Source of the DNA: a bacterium | GTDB lineage: Bacteria > Zhuqueibacterota > Zhuqueibacteria > Oceanimicrobiales > Oceanimicrobiaceae | NCBI GenBank assembly: GCA_046757165.1 | Contig: JBHHXT010000051.1 | Coordinates: 1-27,870, forward strand | DNA: 27,870 bases | Direction: 5' to 3' | In this document: positions 1 through 9,403 of the stretch, in pieces | Layout: each line of letters begins with the position of its first letter | Position numbering within the stretch: position 1 is the stretch's first letter | Position numbers and translations under genes: made by a program | Notes under the pieces: generated by a model | Told to the model about the DNA's origin: nothing | The model's input: the letters and a program-made list of their open reading frames with translations, nothing else | Database searches by the model: none

Positions 1-26
1 AAAAACCAGAGGCAAGAAGCATTAGC

Positions 27-59
27 ATTTCCCCGGCACTTTCAAAGTGCCGGGGAAAT
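27..59. terminator. Perfect 16-bp inverted repeat just downstream of the M1 peptidase stop; terminator-like or REP-like hairpin
   Basis: ATTTCCCCGGCACTTT (27-42) / AAAGTGCCGGGGAAAT (44-59). No U-tract directly follows on the minus strand, so the terminator role is uncertain. Confidence 0.5.
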
Positions 60-61
60 CT

Positions 62-1939
62 TTAACTCCGCCAATTCAAAATGTCATCGATGGTCCCGAC
101 AGAAATCGCATGGTATGTGGGCCTGGCCTTCTGATAGATCAGCTTCGCCATCTCCAGCAGTGCCGGGTTCTCGGCCATTTTTTCGTACAGGGGTTTCAGG
201 AATTTCCGACGTCCCATGGACGTGAGGAACTTCTCCAACGCCGGATAGGCGGCGGCGTACTGGTTGGCGACCACGTTCAAGAGCCAGGCATGCAGGACCT
301 CGGAGTTGCCGGTGGTTGAGAAGCCAAACGCTGCGTCCAGATCCCGCATCTGGCTTTTGGACAGGTTGTCTGGAAGCGTGTGCAAAAAGTGGAGCCAGTG
401 GTGGGTTGTCCAGCCATCGGTGGCAAGTGACTTTGCCGCGGTTCCGGACTGCCATTTCTGCACCTCTGCCTCGACTTTGGCAAACGCATCGGAGTGGACG
501 GCGGCGATATTGTCCGGGATGCCGGCGCCATAGAGCCAGGCCTCGAGCTGTAATTTCTCTTCGAGCTGGCGATCCCCTTTGAGCAATTCCTTTTGGAGAT
601 AGCTCTGGAAGTTCTCAGTTGTCATGCTCTGGAACGCGAACTTGTCAAAATAGGTGCGCAGGAAGGTATCCCATCTCTCCCGTCCGACGGTTTGCTCGAC
701 TGTTCGCAGGAAGAAGTGTCCTTTGTCGTAAGCGACAGCGGTCATGCCTTCATCGGGGTCCCGGCCTTTCAGGCTCAGGTGCAGGTGTGTGTCTGCGCTC
801 TCTTCGCCCAGGGTTCGCACCGCCTCTTGCAGATCTCGATGGCTGAGCGAAGCCAACATGTCAGCATATTCTTTGCCGTAGAGTTCTTCCATGATACGGT
901 GTTCAAAGTACGTCGTGAACCCTTCGTTGAGCCAGAAGTCGTCCCAGTTGGCGTTGGTGACGAGATTGCCAGACCAAGAGTGGGCCAGCTCGTGCGCGAT
1001 GAGCGCCACCAGGGATTTGTCGCCAGCGAGGACCGTCGGCGTGGCGAAGGTCAGCCGGGGATTTTCCATGCCACCGAATGGGAAGCTTGGCGGCAGAACG
1101 ATGATGTCGTACCTGCCCCACCGGTACGGCCCGTAAAGTTTTTCTGCAGCGGCCATCATTTTTTCTGTGTCTTCAAACTCGGCCGCGGCTTTGTCCACTA
1201 TCTGAGGTTCCGCGTACACACCGCTGCGTTCTCCCAAAGAGCGAAATTGCAGGTCGCCCACCGCCAGTGCGAGCAGGTAGGAGGGGATGGCCTGCGGCAT
1301 GGTGAAATGATAGACCCCGTCTGCGCTTTTCTGGGTGCTGTTCTCCGCGCTCATGACCGCCAACAGGTCAGGAGAAGTCCGTATCGTGGCGGTGTAGGTG
1401 ATTCGGAGCCCCGGGCTGTCCTGGCACGGAATCCATGTCCTGGCCAGGATTGCCTGGGACTGGGTGAACAAAAAGGGCGTCCTGCCGCCGGCGGTTTGCT
1501 CCGGTTCCAGCCACTGCAAGGCGGCTGCCTGAGGGGAAGTTTCATAGGCGATATGAACGGTTTTGGTATGTGGCGTGATTTTCACCACTATCGATCGGCC
1601 CAGGTACTCGACGGGCTCGCCCAGGGTATACGTGGTTTCCGTAGAATCGTCGTCGAGGGTTACGCGGTTGATGGTCAAATCGCGTGTGTCCAGCCACAGC
1701 TCCTCTGTGCCGGTTCTGTTGTCAATGGTCAACTTGACTCCTCCCGTCAGTCTTTTTTGCTCAAAATTCACTTCAAGGTCAAGGTCGAGGTGCTTGACGA
1801 CAACATCGTTTGGGCGCGAGAATGAATGCACATCTTCAACATAAACAGGGAGTGTATCTTTTTCCAGCTTGCAACCCATGCTCAGCGTTTGATAGGCGGC
1901 AAAACACAGGGCGAAAAAATAGGTTCGTTTAACACACAT
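62..1939 (-). CDS. M1 family zinc aminopeptidase (leukotriene A4 hydrolase-like), possible lipoprotein
   Basis: GGMEN exopeptidase motif, HELAH-x18-E zinc motif (HELAHSWSGNLVTNANWDDFWLNEG), YDKG, C-terminal GRRKFLKPLY, N-terminal hydrophobic stretch ending LSMGC. Confidence 0.93.
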   Translation of the reverse strand: MCVKRTYFFALCFAAYQTLSMGCKLEKDTLPVYVEDVHSFSRPNDVVVKHLDLDLEVNFEQKRLTGGVKLTIDNRTGTEELWLDTRDLTINRVTLDDDSTETTYTLGEPVEYLGRSIVVKITPHTKTVHIAYETSPQAAALQWLEPEQTAGGRTPFLFTQSQAILARTWIPCQDSPGLRITYTATIRTSPDLLAVMSAENSTQKSADGVYHFTMPQAIPSYLLALAVGDLQFRSLGERSGVYAEPQIVDKAAAEFEDTEKMMAAAEKLYGPYRWGRYDIIVLPPSFPFGGMENPRLTFATPTVLAGDKSLVALIAHELAHSWSGNLVTNANWDDFWLNEGFTTYFEHRIMEELYGKEYADMLASLSHRDLQEAVRTLGEESADTHLHLSLKGRDPDEGMTAVAYDKGHFFLRTVEQTVGRERWDTFLRTYFDKFAFQSMTTENFQSYLQKELLKGDRQLEEKLQLEAWLYGAGIPDNIAAVHSDAFAKVEAEVQKWQSGTAAKSLATDGWTTHHWLHFLHTLPDNLSKSQMRDLDAAFGFSTTGNSEVLHAWLLNVVANQYAAAYPALEKFLTSMGRRKFLKPLYEKMAENPALLEMAKLIYQKARPTYHAISVGTIDDILNWRS

Positions 1940-1983
1940 TTCTTACTCTCCAATACTTTGGTCAGGTCAGGTCTCGAGCACAA

Positions 1984-2012
1984 AAGATAGCAGTGCAGGG
2001 GTTCAATGGCAA
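1984..2012 (-). promoter_or_regulatory. Putative sigma-70 promoter for the M1 peptidase
   Basis: Minus strand reads TTGCCA-N17-TATCTT with a TGn extended -10, about 45 nt upstream of the start codon. Confidence 0.5.
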
Positions 2013-2089
2013 GTAAAATGTTCACCCATCCCTCTTCTGTGGCCCAAGCCGCCAGCACGCAAATGCCCTGCGGTGCGGGTATTCTTTTC

Positions 2090-2118
2090 TTGCTTTAGTG
2101 GTGCTGATTGAGTAAATT
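2090..2118 (+). promoter_or_regulatory. Putative sigma-70 promoter for the amidohydrolase-tilS operon
   Basis: TTGCTT (2090-2095)-N17-TAAATT (2113-2118). Confidence 0.4.
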
Positions 2119-2254
2119 TCTTCAGCTATTACTTGAGAGCTCGCGGCGCGGCGTATCCGCTCATCGAACCAGAGCGGACAAAGAAATCCGGTCGGAAAGA
2201 GGCGGCTTTCATGACTGTGTCTTTTGAAAATTTCGTAACGAAAGGGGCTCATTC

Positions 2255-2333
2255 GCAATGCTGAAGCATTGCACTCCGGTAGAAGTCATCAGAATTGTCT
2301 GCGCTTATGTGGAGTGAAAAGCTTCAGCTTTTC
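2255..2333. repeat. Inverted pair of 23-bp REP-like hairpin units
   Basis: 2255-2277 reverse complement is GGAGTGCAATGCTTCAGCATTGC; 2311-2333 is GGAGTGAAAAGCTTCAGCTTTTC. They are 19/23 identical and the four differences form two compensatory stem pairs. Confidence 0.65.
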
Positions 2334-2446
2334 ACTTTTCCGCAAAGTTTATGCATTCGGATCCGGATCTTTGCGTTTAAGATGAAAGGGAGACCCAGGG
2401 TGCAGGCTGTCCTGGCGTTTTACAAAATGACATAAGTTCACGTCTC

Positions 2447-3655
2447 ATGAGCATTCGTATCAGAGCAGTTGCCGAGCAAATACAGACCGAGACCAATCGC
2501 ATCCGGGAGGATATCGTTGGTCTCAGGCGTCATTTGCACCAGCACCCTGAACTGAGCTGGAAGGAGTTCCAGACGGCGGAAAGGATCGCCCTGATGTTGC
2601 AAGAGGAGGGGCTTTCGGTCAATCGGGAGGTTTGTGGCACGGGGTTGGTCGCCGATCTCGAAGGAGTTGCGGATGGCAAAACGATTGCGATACGAGCGGA
2701 TATGGACGCCCTGCCGATTCACGACGACAAAGACGTTCCTTATGCGTCCCGCGTGGCTGGCGCGATGCATGCCTGTGGCCACGATTGCCACATGTCGATG
2801 GCGGTGGGCGTTGCGAAGGTCCTGAAAAGCCTGAGGGGCTTCCCGGGGAGGGTGAGATTCATTTTCCAGCCATCTGAGGAAGCCGTCCCGAGCGGAGCTT
2901 GTGAGATGGTAAAGGCGGGCGTGATGGACGGCGTTGATGGCGTTTTGGCCTTCCATGTCGACCCGGAAATACCTGCCGGCAAGATAGGTCTCAGAAGCGG
3001 CGTTTTGACTGCGCATTGCAGCGAATTCAACCTGTCGCTCTTCGGTAAAGGCGGGCACGCAGCGCGGCCGCATCAAGCCGTTGACACCGTCTATCTCAGC
3101 GCACGCATCCTGAGTGCGCTTTACGACATTGTTGGCGAGCGCAGCCAGCCTTTTGTTCCGGCCGTTTTGACGGTTGGAAAGATCTCCGGGGGCACGAAAT
3201 CCAATATCATTCCGGAGGTCGTCGAAATATCGGGTTCCATTCGCACCGTCGACGAGCAATCGTACGAGGAAATCACGGCCAGAATCGAGGAAAAAGTTCG
3301 TGCCCTGACCCGGTCTGCTGGCGGGCGTTACAAGCTCCACTTCCCTTCACCTGTGCCCTCTGTGGTCAATGATTCTGGCGTGATCCATCGGGTGAAGGAA
3401 ATCGTCACCGCCGTCTGGTCGCAGGATAGAATTGTGGACATCCGAAATGTCAGCATGGGAGGAGAGGATTTTTCCTGGTATCTGACCAAAGCGCCAGGCG
3501 CGCTCATCCGGCTTGGAGCCAGAAAAGACAGCGGCGAGATAACCTATTTGCACACCAACAATTTTGACATCGATGAGCGGGCCCTGCCCCTCGGAGTCAC
3601 CCTCATGACGATGCTCGTGCTGGAGTATTTGAAAGGGCATAAATCTTTTTTGTAG
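2447..3655 (+). CDS. M20D family amidohydrolase (hippurate hydrolase / IAA-amino acid hydrolase-like)
   Basis: LHQHPELS, RADMDALP, MHACGHDCH, FQPSEE, GGHAARPH and MGGEDF motifs. Confidence 0.93.
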   Translation: MSIRIRAVAEQIQTETNRIREDIVGLRRHLHQHPELSWKEFQTAERIALMLQEEGLSVNREVCGTGLVADLEGVADGKTIAIRADMDALPIHDDKDVPYASRVAGAMHACGHDCHMSMAVGVAKVLKSLRGFPGRVRFIFQPSEEAVPSGACEMVKAGVMDGVDGVLAFHVDPEIPAGKIGLRSGVLTAHCSEFNLSLFGKGGHAARPHQAVDTVYLSARILSALYDIVGERSQPFVPAVLTVGKISGGTKSNIIPEVVEISGSIRTVDEQSYEEITARIEEKVRALTRSAGGRYKLHFPSPVPSVVNDSGVIHRVKEIVTAVWSQDRIVDIRNVSMGGEDFSWYLTKAPGALIRLGARKDSGEITYLHTNNFDIDERALPLGVTLMTMLVLEYLKGHKSFL

Positions 3656-3719
3656 CTGAGGATGCGAAACGATTTCAGCGCTTGTTGAGAAACTCATTCA
3701 TCATCTCGACCATACCGAT

Positions 3720-5069
3720 TTGGTGAAGCCCGGGAAACGGATCCTTCTGGCAGTTTCGGGTGGACTCGACTCCGTGGTCATGCTTGACTTATTTTGTCAG
3801 ATTCAGGTGCGAAGAAACCTGGATTTACAGGTGGTCCATGTTCATCACGGGCTGCGGGGCAAGGAAGCCGACGAAGACCTGGCCTTTGTGGAGAAGTTGG
3901 CGTTCAGCCGCACCCTTCCATGCCACAGCCGAAAAGTTGACGCGGGTGACTACGCGAAGACACACAAACTGTCGATTGAAGATAGTGCGCGTGTTTTGCG
4001 GTATCAGGTTTTCGAGGAAATCCTTGCAAAAACAGGGTTTGACAAACTCGCAACGGCCCATACTGCGCACGACCAGGCTGAGACGGTCATCGACCGGTTC
4101 TTGCGCGGCTCAGGTGCAGCCGGTTTGCGGGGAATCCCGGCCAGCCGGGGGGCGTACGTTCGGCCCTTGCTCAGGTTCGGGCGTGATGAGCTGCGACTCT
4201 ATGCCCAGCAACGCGATCTGGCCCATCGAGAGGACAGTATGAATCAGCAATTACAGTACAGAAGAAACCGCATTCGGCATGAGCTCATTCCCTACCTTGA
4301 AGAACATTTTAATCCGAATCTCATCGGGACCCTGAACCGGACTGCCGAGATTTTTCGTGAGACGGAAGCCTTTCTGAATGTGACAGCCGCAGAGGCGTTT
4401 AAGTCCTTGGTTTCTTTACAAAAAAAAAATGAAATAATTGTTGGAATTGAGGGGTTTTTGAAGTATAATAGGCTGATTCAAAAGTATATTTTGTTTCATT
4501 GCTGTAAGAAGCTATCGCTAGACCGCCGTATTTTCAGCTTCCCGAAGATCAACAGTTTATTAGAGATCATCAACAAGAGGGAGGTCGGGAAGACATTTAA
4601 GCTAGATCCATTCTTGACACTGCAAATTGACCACGACGGCCTGGTAATTCGAACCGCGATAGACTCGCATCCTCCTTCCGTTGAAGTGAATTTCTTGTCA
4701 CAAAAATCGATAAAATATCTTGACTATCAATTCCAATGGTCTATTTTAGACAGTGAGAGACACGTGGTTTTTGATCCACACAGAAATGTCGAGTTTTTTG
4801 ATTTTGAGAAGACGGGGACACAACTAAAGATGACCTGTTTTTATCCCGGCGCCTGGTTCACCCCTTTGAACTTTGCAGGCAAAAAGAAGGTGGCCGCCTT
4901 TTTTTCTGACATGAAAATTCCACTACATCTGCGAGAGCGTATTCCGATTCTCGTGGCTCCAAACGGCATTGTTTGGATATGCGGTTATCAAATCGACGAC
5001 AAGTTCAAGGTTACGGAGAACACCCGTACGGTTTTGAGAATGGAGATGAGCAGAACAAAAGATGGTTAG
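3720..5069 (+). CDS. tilS: tRNA(Ile)-lysidine synthetase; true start probably upstream near 3672 (see findings)
   Basis: PP-loop AVSGGLDS, HVHHGLR, ARVLRY, TAHTAHDQAET, RPLL, RNRIRHELIP and the C-terminal KK..FF.D.KIP...R domain; conserved tilS-hpt-ftsH order. Confidence 0.95.
   Translation: MVKPGKRILLAVSGGLDSVVMLDLFCQIQVRRNLDLQVVHVHHGLRGKEADEDLAFVEKLAFSRTLPCHSRKVDAGDYAKTHKLSIEDSARVLRYQVFEEILAKTGFDKLATAHTAHDQAETVIDRFLRGSGAAGLRGIPASRGAYVRPLLRFGRDELRLYAQQRDLAHREDSMNQQLQYRRNRIRHELIPYLEEHFNPNLIGTLNRTAEIFRETEAFLNVTAAEAFKSLVSLQKKNEIIVGIEGFLKYNRLIQKYILFHCCKKLSLDRRIFSFPKINSLLEIINKREVGKTFKLDPFLTLQIDHDGLVIRTAIDSHPPSVEVNFLSQKSIKYLDYQFQWSILDSERHVVFDPHRNVEFFDFEKTGTQLKMTCFYPGAWFTPLNFAGKKKVAAFFSDMKIPLHLRERIPILVAPNGIVWICGYQIDDKFKVTENTRTVLRMEMSRTKDG
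4441..4469 (+). promoter_or_regulatory. Putative internal sigma-70 promoter inside tilS
   Basis: TTGGAA (4441-4446)-N17-TATAAT (4464-4469), preceded by an A-rich tract (A10 at 4420-4429). Confidence 0.4.
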
Positions 5070-5628
5070 CGAAGAAACACACAAGTTCATAACCAACGAA
5101 AAAACCAGAATCCTCCTGTCTGGGGAGCAGATACAACTAAAAGTCAAGGAGTTAGGAGCGCAAATTTCAAGGGATTATGCCGGTAAATGCCCGATTCTTA
5201 TCGGGGTCTTGAACGGGAGTTTTATTTTCTGTGCGGACTTGTTTAGGGCCATCACTATCGATTGTGAGATCGACTTCATCAAGATCTCCAGCTATGGCGA
5301 AGCGATGGAAACATCCGGCGTGGTCAAACTCAAGAAAGATATCGATGCACATCTGCAAGACCGCCATGTGCTTGTGGTTGAAGACATTGTTGATTCCGGG
5401 TATTCGGTGAATTATTTGAAAGAGAGGCTCGAGACGGTGAAACCAAAATCTCTTAAGTTTGTATCATTGTTGGTAAAAGAAGGCACAGCCAAGATCGCCT
5501 ATGAAATCCATTACGTCGGGTTCAAGATCCCAAACCACTTTGTGATCGGCTATGGTTTGGATTATGCTCAAAAATTTCGCAATCTACCGGCCGTTTATGT
5601 GATGGATGAACAAGTTATTATGAGTTAA
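5062..5628 (+). CDS. hpt: Hypoxanthine phosphoribosyltransferase
   Basis: GVLNGSFIF, ISSYG, PRPP-binding VLVVEDIVDSG, FVIGYGLDY..RNLP; overlaps the tilS end by 8 nt. Confidence 0.96.
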   Translation: MVSEETHKFITNEKTRILLSGEQIQLKVKELGAQISRDYAGKCPILIGVLNGSFIFCADLFRAITIDCEIDFIKISSYGEAMETSGVVKLKKDIDAHLQDRHVLVVEDIVDSGYSVNYLKERLETVKPKSLKFVSLLVKEGTAKIAYEIHYVGFKIPNHFVIGYGLDYAQKFRNLPAVYVMDEQVIMS

Positions 5629-5657
5629 GAATTTAAAGAAGGTAGCCAGTTGAGTTG

Positions 5658-7634
5658 ATGAACGAAGATAAAAGAAAAAAAAAGCGCAACAACGAGCCCA
5701 ACAGAACGCCAAAAAAGGACGAGAATTTTCAGTGGCGTAAAGCGACGCGTACGCTCACTTTTTGGTTGATTATCATCATCGTTTCGATCTTCATCTCGTC
5801 CAAATTCAACCTGGAGGAAAGAAGCGCTCTCGAGATCACCTACTCGATGTTCGTCCGACATCTCGAGAAAAAGGAGATTCGGAAGGCGATCGTTGAGGAC
5901 AAACAATTCCTCGGTGAGCTGAAAACCGAGGCGAATGACGTCATCAATGAAAAACCGGTGACATACAGCAAGTTCAAAGTCACCCTGCCCGAGGCGCCGA
6001 AAGCAGAGACTGCGGCCCAATGGTCAAAGGATTACGAGGTTGCTCTGGAGTTCAAAGAAATCTCGAATGATTGGTGGAACTATGTTTTCAATCTCTTGCC
6101 GTGGATTCTCTTTGGGGTCTTCTGGATTTTCATCTTGCGCAGGATGCAGGGTGGAGGTGCGAAGGGTATTTTTTCTTTTGGCAAGTCGCGTGCCAAATTG
6201 CTCACCGAAAACCAGAGCAAAGTGACCTTTGACAACGTCGCCGGCGCAGACGAAGCCAAGCAAGAGCTGCTCGAGATCATCGAATTTTTGAAAGAACCGG
6301 ACAAGTTCCAGAAGCTCGGCGGGAAGATCCCGAAAGGCGCCTTGCTGCTCGGCCCGCCCGGAACCGGAAAAACGCTGCTGGCAAAAGCCGTGGCTGGCGA
6401 AGCAGGCGTGCCTTTTTTCAGCATGTCTGGCGCTGACTTCGTTGAAATGTTTGTGGGAGTGGGCGCGTCACGGGTTCGTGACTTGTTTGAACAGGGCAAG
6501 AAGAGCGCGCCGTGCATCATTTTCATCGATGAAGTCGACGCAGTGGGGCGGCACCGGGGCGCGGGGTTAGGCGGCGGCCACGATGAGCGTGAGCAGACCC
6601 TCAACCAGTTGTTGGTGGAGATGGATGGGTTCGATTCCAATGAAGGCGTCATTCTGCTCGCCGCAACCAACCGTCCTGACGTGCTGGACCATGCCTTGCT
6701 CAGACCGGGCCGATTCGACCGGCAGATCGTGGTGGACCGGCCGGACGTGCGAGGGCGTGAGGGGATTTTGAAGGTCCACACCAAGAATATCCCCCTCGAA
6801 GAGAATGTCGACCTTGCCATTATCGCCAAGGGCACCCCGGGATTTTCCGGCGCCGACCTGGCGAACCTGGTGAACGAGGCGGCTTTGTTGGCGGCGCGCT
6901 ACAACAAAAAAATCGTCGAGATGACCGACTTTGAATATGCAAAGGACAAGGTCAGGATGGGTGCCGAACGCCGGAGCATGATCATTACTGAAGAGGAAAA
7001 ACGCTCCACCGCCTATCATGAGGCTGGCCATGTTCTGGCCGCAAAATATACGCCTGGAGCAGACCCGGTGCACAAGGTCACGATTATTCCGCGTGGGCGC
7101 GCTCTCGGGGTGACCACGATGCTGCCCATCGACGATAAGCACAACTACTCCAAGACGTGGTGTGAAGGCGAGCTGGTCGTCTTGTTAGGTGGGCGAGCGG
7201 CCGAGATGCTGGTGATGAACGAGCTGACCACCGGCGCAGGCAATGACATCGAGCGTGCCACAAACCTGGCGCGAAAAATGGTATGCGAATGGGGCATGAG
7301 CGACCGCCTTGGGCCGCTCACGTTCGGCAAAAAAGATGAGGAAATCTTTCTCGGTCGTGAAATCGTTCGGCATCAAGATTTCAGCAACAAAACCGCCGAA
7401 TTGATCGATGATGAGATCAAGTTGATCGTCAACACGGCGGAGAAAAAAGCCATGGAGCTAATCAAGAAGCACCTCGACAAGTTACACGCTCTAGCAGCGG
7501 CTCTGCTCGAGCGGGAAATACTCGATGTTTCTGAGATCGATAAAATTCTGAATGGGGAACCGCTCGAGCCAATGCCAACGAAAAAACATCAAGAGAAAAA
7601 GAAAGAAAAAGACGTTGTCGATGATTTGAATTGA
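5658..7634 (+). CDS. ftsH: ATP-dependent zinc metalloprotease FtsH
   Basis: Two N-terminal TM segments, Walker A GPPGTGKT, Walker [28 protein letters not shown], zinc motif HEAGH. Start is ATG 5658 or TTG 5655. Confidence 0.98.
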   Translation: MNEDKRKKKRNNEPNRTPKKDENFQWRKATRTLTFWLIIIIVSIFISSKFNLEERSALEITYSMFVRHLEKKEIRKAIVEDKQFLGELKTEANDVINEKPVTYSKFKVTLPEAPKAETAAQWSKDYEVALEFKEISNDWWNYVFNLLPWILFGVFWIFILRRMQGGGAKGIFSFGKSRAKLLTENQSKVTFDNVAGADEAKQELLEIIEFLKEPDKFQKLGGKIPKGALLLGPPGTGKTLLAKAVAGEAGVPFFSMSGADFVEMFVGVGASRVRDLFEQGKKSAPCIIFIDEVDAVGRHRGAGLGGGHDEREQTLNQLLVEMDGFDSNEGVILLAATNRPDVLDHALLRPGRFDRQIVVDRPDVRGREGILKVHTKNIPLEENVDLAIIAKGTPGFSGADLANLVNEAALLAARYNKKIVEMTDFEYAKDKVRMGAERRSMIITEEEKRSTAYHEAGHVLAAKYTPGADPVHKVTIIPRGRALGVTTMLPIDDKHNYSKTWCEGELVVLLGGRAAEMLVMNELTTGAGNDIERATNLARKMVCEWGMSDRLGPLTFGKKDEEIFLGREIVRHQDFSNKTAELIDDEIKLIVNTAEKKAMELIKKHLDKLHALAAALLEREILDVSEIDKILNGEPLEPMPTKKHQEKKKEKDVVDDLN

Positions 7635-7683
7635 TGCTCTCTTGCGATCCCGCGGCCCGGGAACGTAGGAGTCTCGATTGGTC

Positions 7684-7733
7684 AGAGTTGAAAGTGGGTG
7701 CCCAAAGGGCCATTTCAACTCTTTTTTATTTTT
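7684..7733 (+). terminator. Rho-independent terminator after ftsH
   Basis: AGAGTTGAAA (7684-7693) / TTTCAACTCT (7713-7722) stem with an inner GCCC-AAA-GGGC, followed by a long T tract. Confidence 0.75.
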
Positions 7734-7753
7734 GGCTTCAGGAGAGCCACCGA

Positions 7754-8590
7754 ATGCTGCTGAAACTCCAGAGTAGAACCATCGACTTGAGCGGCCGTAC
7801 TTACATCATGGGGATCATAAACTGCACCCCTGATTCCTTTTATGGCGAGAGCAGAAGAACGACCCTGCAGGAGGCGGTGGACGTCGGGGTTCGAATGGTG
7901 GCCGAAGGGGCTGACTTTCTCGACGTCGGGGGGGAATCCTCCCGACCTGGGTCAGAGCCAGTCACCACCGAGGAGGAAATGCGCCGCGTCTTGCCCGTGA
8001 TCGAGCAACTGGCGCGCGAGGTCGACGTGCCCATTTCCGTGGATACGTACAAAGCGAGCGTCGCAGAACGTGCGCTCGATTGTGGGGCTGAAATCATCAA
8101 TGACATCAGTGCCTTGCAGTATGACTCTGACCTGGCGAGAATTGCTGCGACCTACGAGGCTGTGTTGGTCTTGATGCACATCAAGGGCAGGCCGAAAGAA
8201 ATGCAGCTCAATCCAGCATACGACGATGTGGTGCACGAAATCTATCAGTACCTGGAAGAGCGGCTGAATACCGCCCGCAAAGCTGGAATTGCCCGCGACA
8301 AGATAATCTTGGACCCGGGCATTGGGTTTGGAAAACGATTAAGAGACAACTACGAGATCACGCAGCATCTCGACCGCTTTGCTGTTCTGGGATGTCCTAT
8401 CCTGTTCGGGGCCTCCCGCAAATCCTTTCTGAGCAATGTCTTAGACTTGCCAGCCGGAGAGTGCCTGGAGGCTACCATCGCAGTCAATGCCATCGCGCTC
8501 TTGCGAGGTGCTCATATCTTGCGCGTTCACGATGTCAAGGAGGCCAAACGCGCCGCGCAGGTCGTCGACTACTTGATCCGGAACACTTAG
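7754..8590 (+). CDS. folP: Dihydropteroate synthase
   Basis: MGIINCTPDSF, DVGGESSRPG, SVDT, INDIS, LMH, DPGIGFGK, SRKSF, RVHDV. Start moved to ATG 7754 (AGGAG RBS upstream) because the longer ORF runs through the ftsH terminator. Confidence 0.95.
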   Translation: MLLKLQSRTIDLSGRTYIMGIINCTPDSFYGESRRTTLQEAVDVGVRMVAEGADFLDVGGESSRPGSEPVTTEEEMRRVLPVIEQLAREVDVPISVDTYKASVAERALDCGAEIINDISALQYDSDLARIAATYEAVLVLMHIKGRPKEMQLNPAYDDVVHEIYQYLEERLNTARKAGIARDKIILDPGIGFGKRLRDNYEITQHLDRFAVLGCPILFGASRKSFLSNVLDLPAGECLEATIAVNAIALLRGAHILRVHDVKEAKRAAQVVDYLIRNT

Positions 8591-8602
8591 TCGTCAGGAG
8601 AA

Positions 8603-9403
8603 ATGAATACTCAGTTTGTTTTTTTCCATATCGGATTCATAAAAGTTACGCTGTTCGATATTCTTGATATTTTGGCCGTATCGGCAATTCTTTACAAGCT
8701 TTACTTCTTCATCCGCCGCTCGCGCGCGGCGCAGATGTTTGTCGGTCTCATTCTCATTTTGATCTTCTCTTTGCTGAGCCGTCTCTTCAATATGAGCGCG
8801 ATGACCTGGATTTTCGACAGTCTCAAAAATCTCTACCTCATTATTTTCGTGATCATTTTCCAACCCGAACTGCGTCGGATGCTGATTTTTCTCGGTCAGA
8901 GCCGACTCATCCGCTATTTTGTGAAAGTTTCGAGCGGCAAGACGTTTGAGGAGGTGGTGAAAGCGGCAGTCGAGCTGTCCAACCGCAGATTTGGCGGCCT
9001 CATCGTGGTCACTCGCGATATGGGGATCAAATCCATCACTGAGACGGGTATCCAGATCCAGGCTGAGGTCTCATCACAATTGATTTGCTCCATATTCAAC
9101 CCGAAAGCGCCCTTGCATGATGGCGCCATCGTGATTCAGAATGATGTCATCGAGGCGGCAAAGTGCATCTTGCCGCTCAGCCAGGCAACAGACATTGCGC
9201 CTCACCTTGGCACACGACATCGCGCCGCCATTGGCCTGGCTGAGGAATCCGATGCAGTGGTTGTTATCGTATCTGAAGAAACAGGAAAAATCTCCATCGC
9301 CAAAGACGGCACCTTGATTCAGGACCTGGACAAAGAGGAAGTCCGAAGCATCCTGTTCAACGCGTTCAAGCTCAACACAAACTCGGATTTCGACTCCAAG
9401 TGA
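8603..9403 (+). CDS. cdaA: Membrane-bound diadenylate cyclase (c-di-AMP synthase) CdaA/DacA
   Basis: Three N-terminal TM helices, IIFQPELRR, PLHDGA, GTRHRAA, VSEETG; AGGAG RBS; follows folP as in many genomes. Confidence 0.94.
   Translation: MNTQFVFFHIGFIKVTLFDILDILAVSAILYKLYFFIRRSRAAQMFVGLILILIFSLLSRLFNMSAMTWIFDSLKNLYLIIFVIIFQPELRRMLIFLGQSRLIRYFVKVSSGKTFEEVVKAAVELSNRRFGGLIVVTRDMGIKSITETGIQIQAEVSSQLICSIFNPKAPLHDGAIVIQNDVIEAAKCILPLSQATDIAPHLGTRHRAAIGLAEESDAVVVIVSEETGKISIAKDGTLIQDLDKEEVRSILFNAFKLNTNSDFDSK

Noticed and set aside
593..1825. 410-aa plus-strand ORF
   Set aside because: Lies wholly antisense to the M1 peptidase and has no motifs; a typical shadow ORF in GC-rich coding DNA.
2438..3340. 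300-aa minus-strand ORF (also 6080-6835, 9676-10530, 13154-13783, 23553-24197)
   Set aside because: Antisense shadows of well-supported genes with no recognisable domains.
4420..4429. A10 tract in tilS (and A9 at 5675-5683 in ftsH) as phase-variation sites
   Set aside because: Both genes are in frame and normally essential; the tracts encode Lys-rich segments.
7631..7753. 41-aa N-terminal extension of FolP in the ORF track
   Set aside because: Runs through the ftsH terminator; a good RBS and ATG exist at 7754.
7754..8590. Possible sulfonamide-resistance sul gene
   Set aside because: Housekeeping ftsH-folP-cdaA context, ordinary DPGIGFGK motif, and no mobile-element features.
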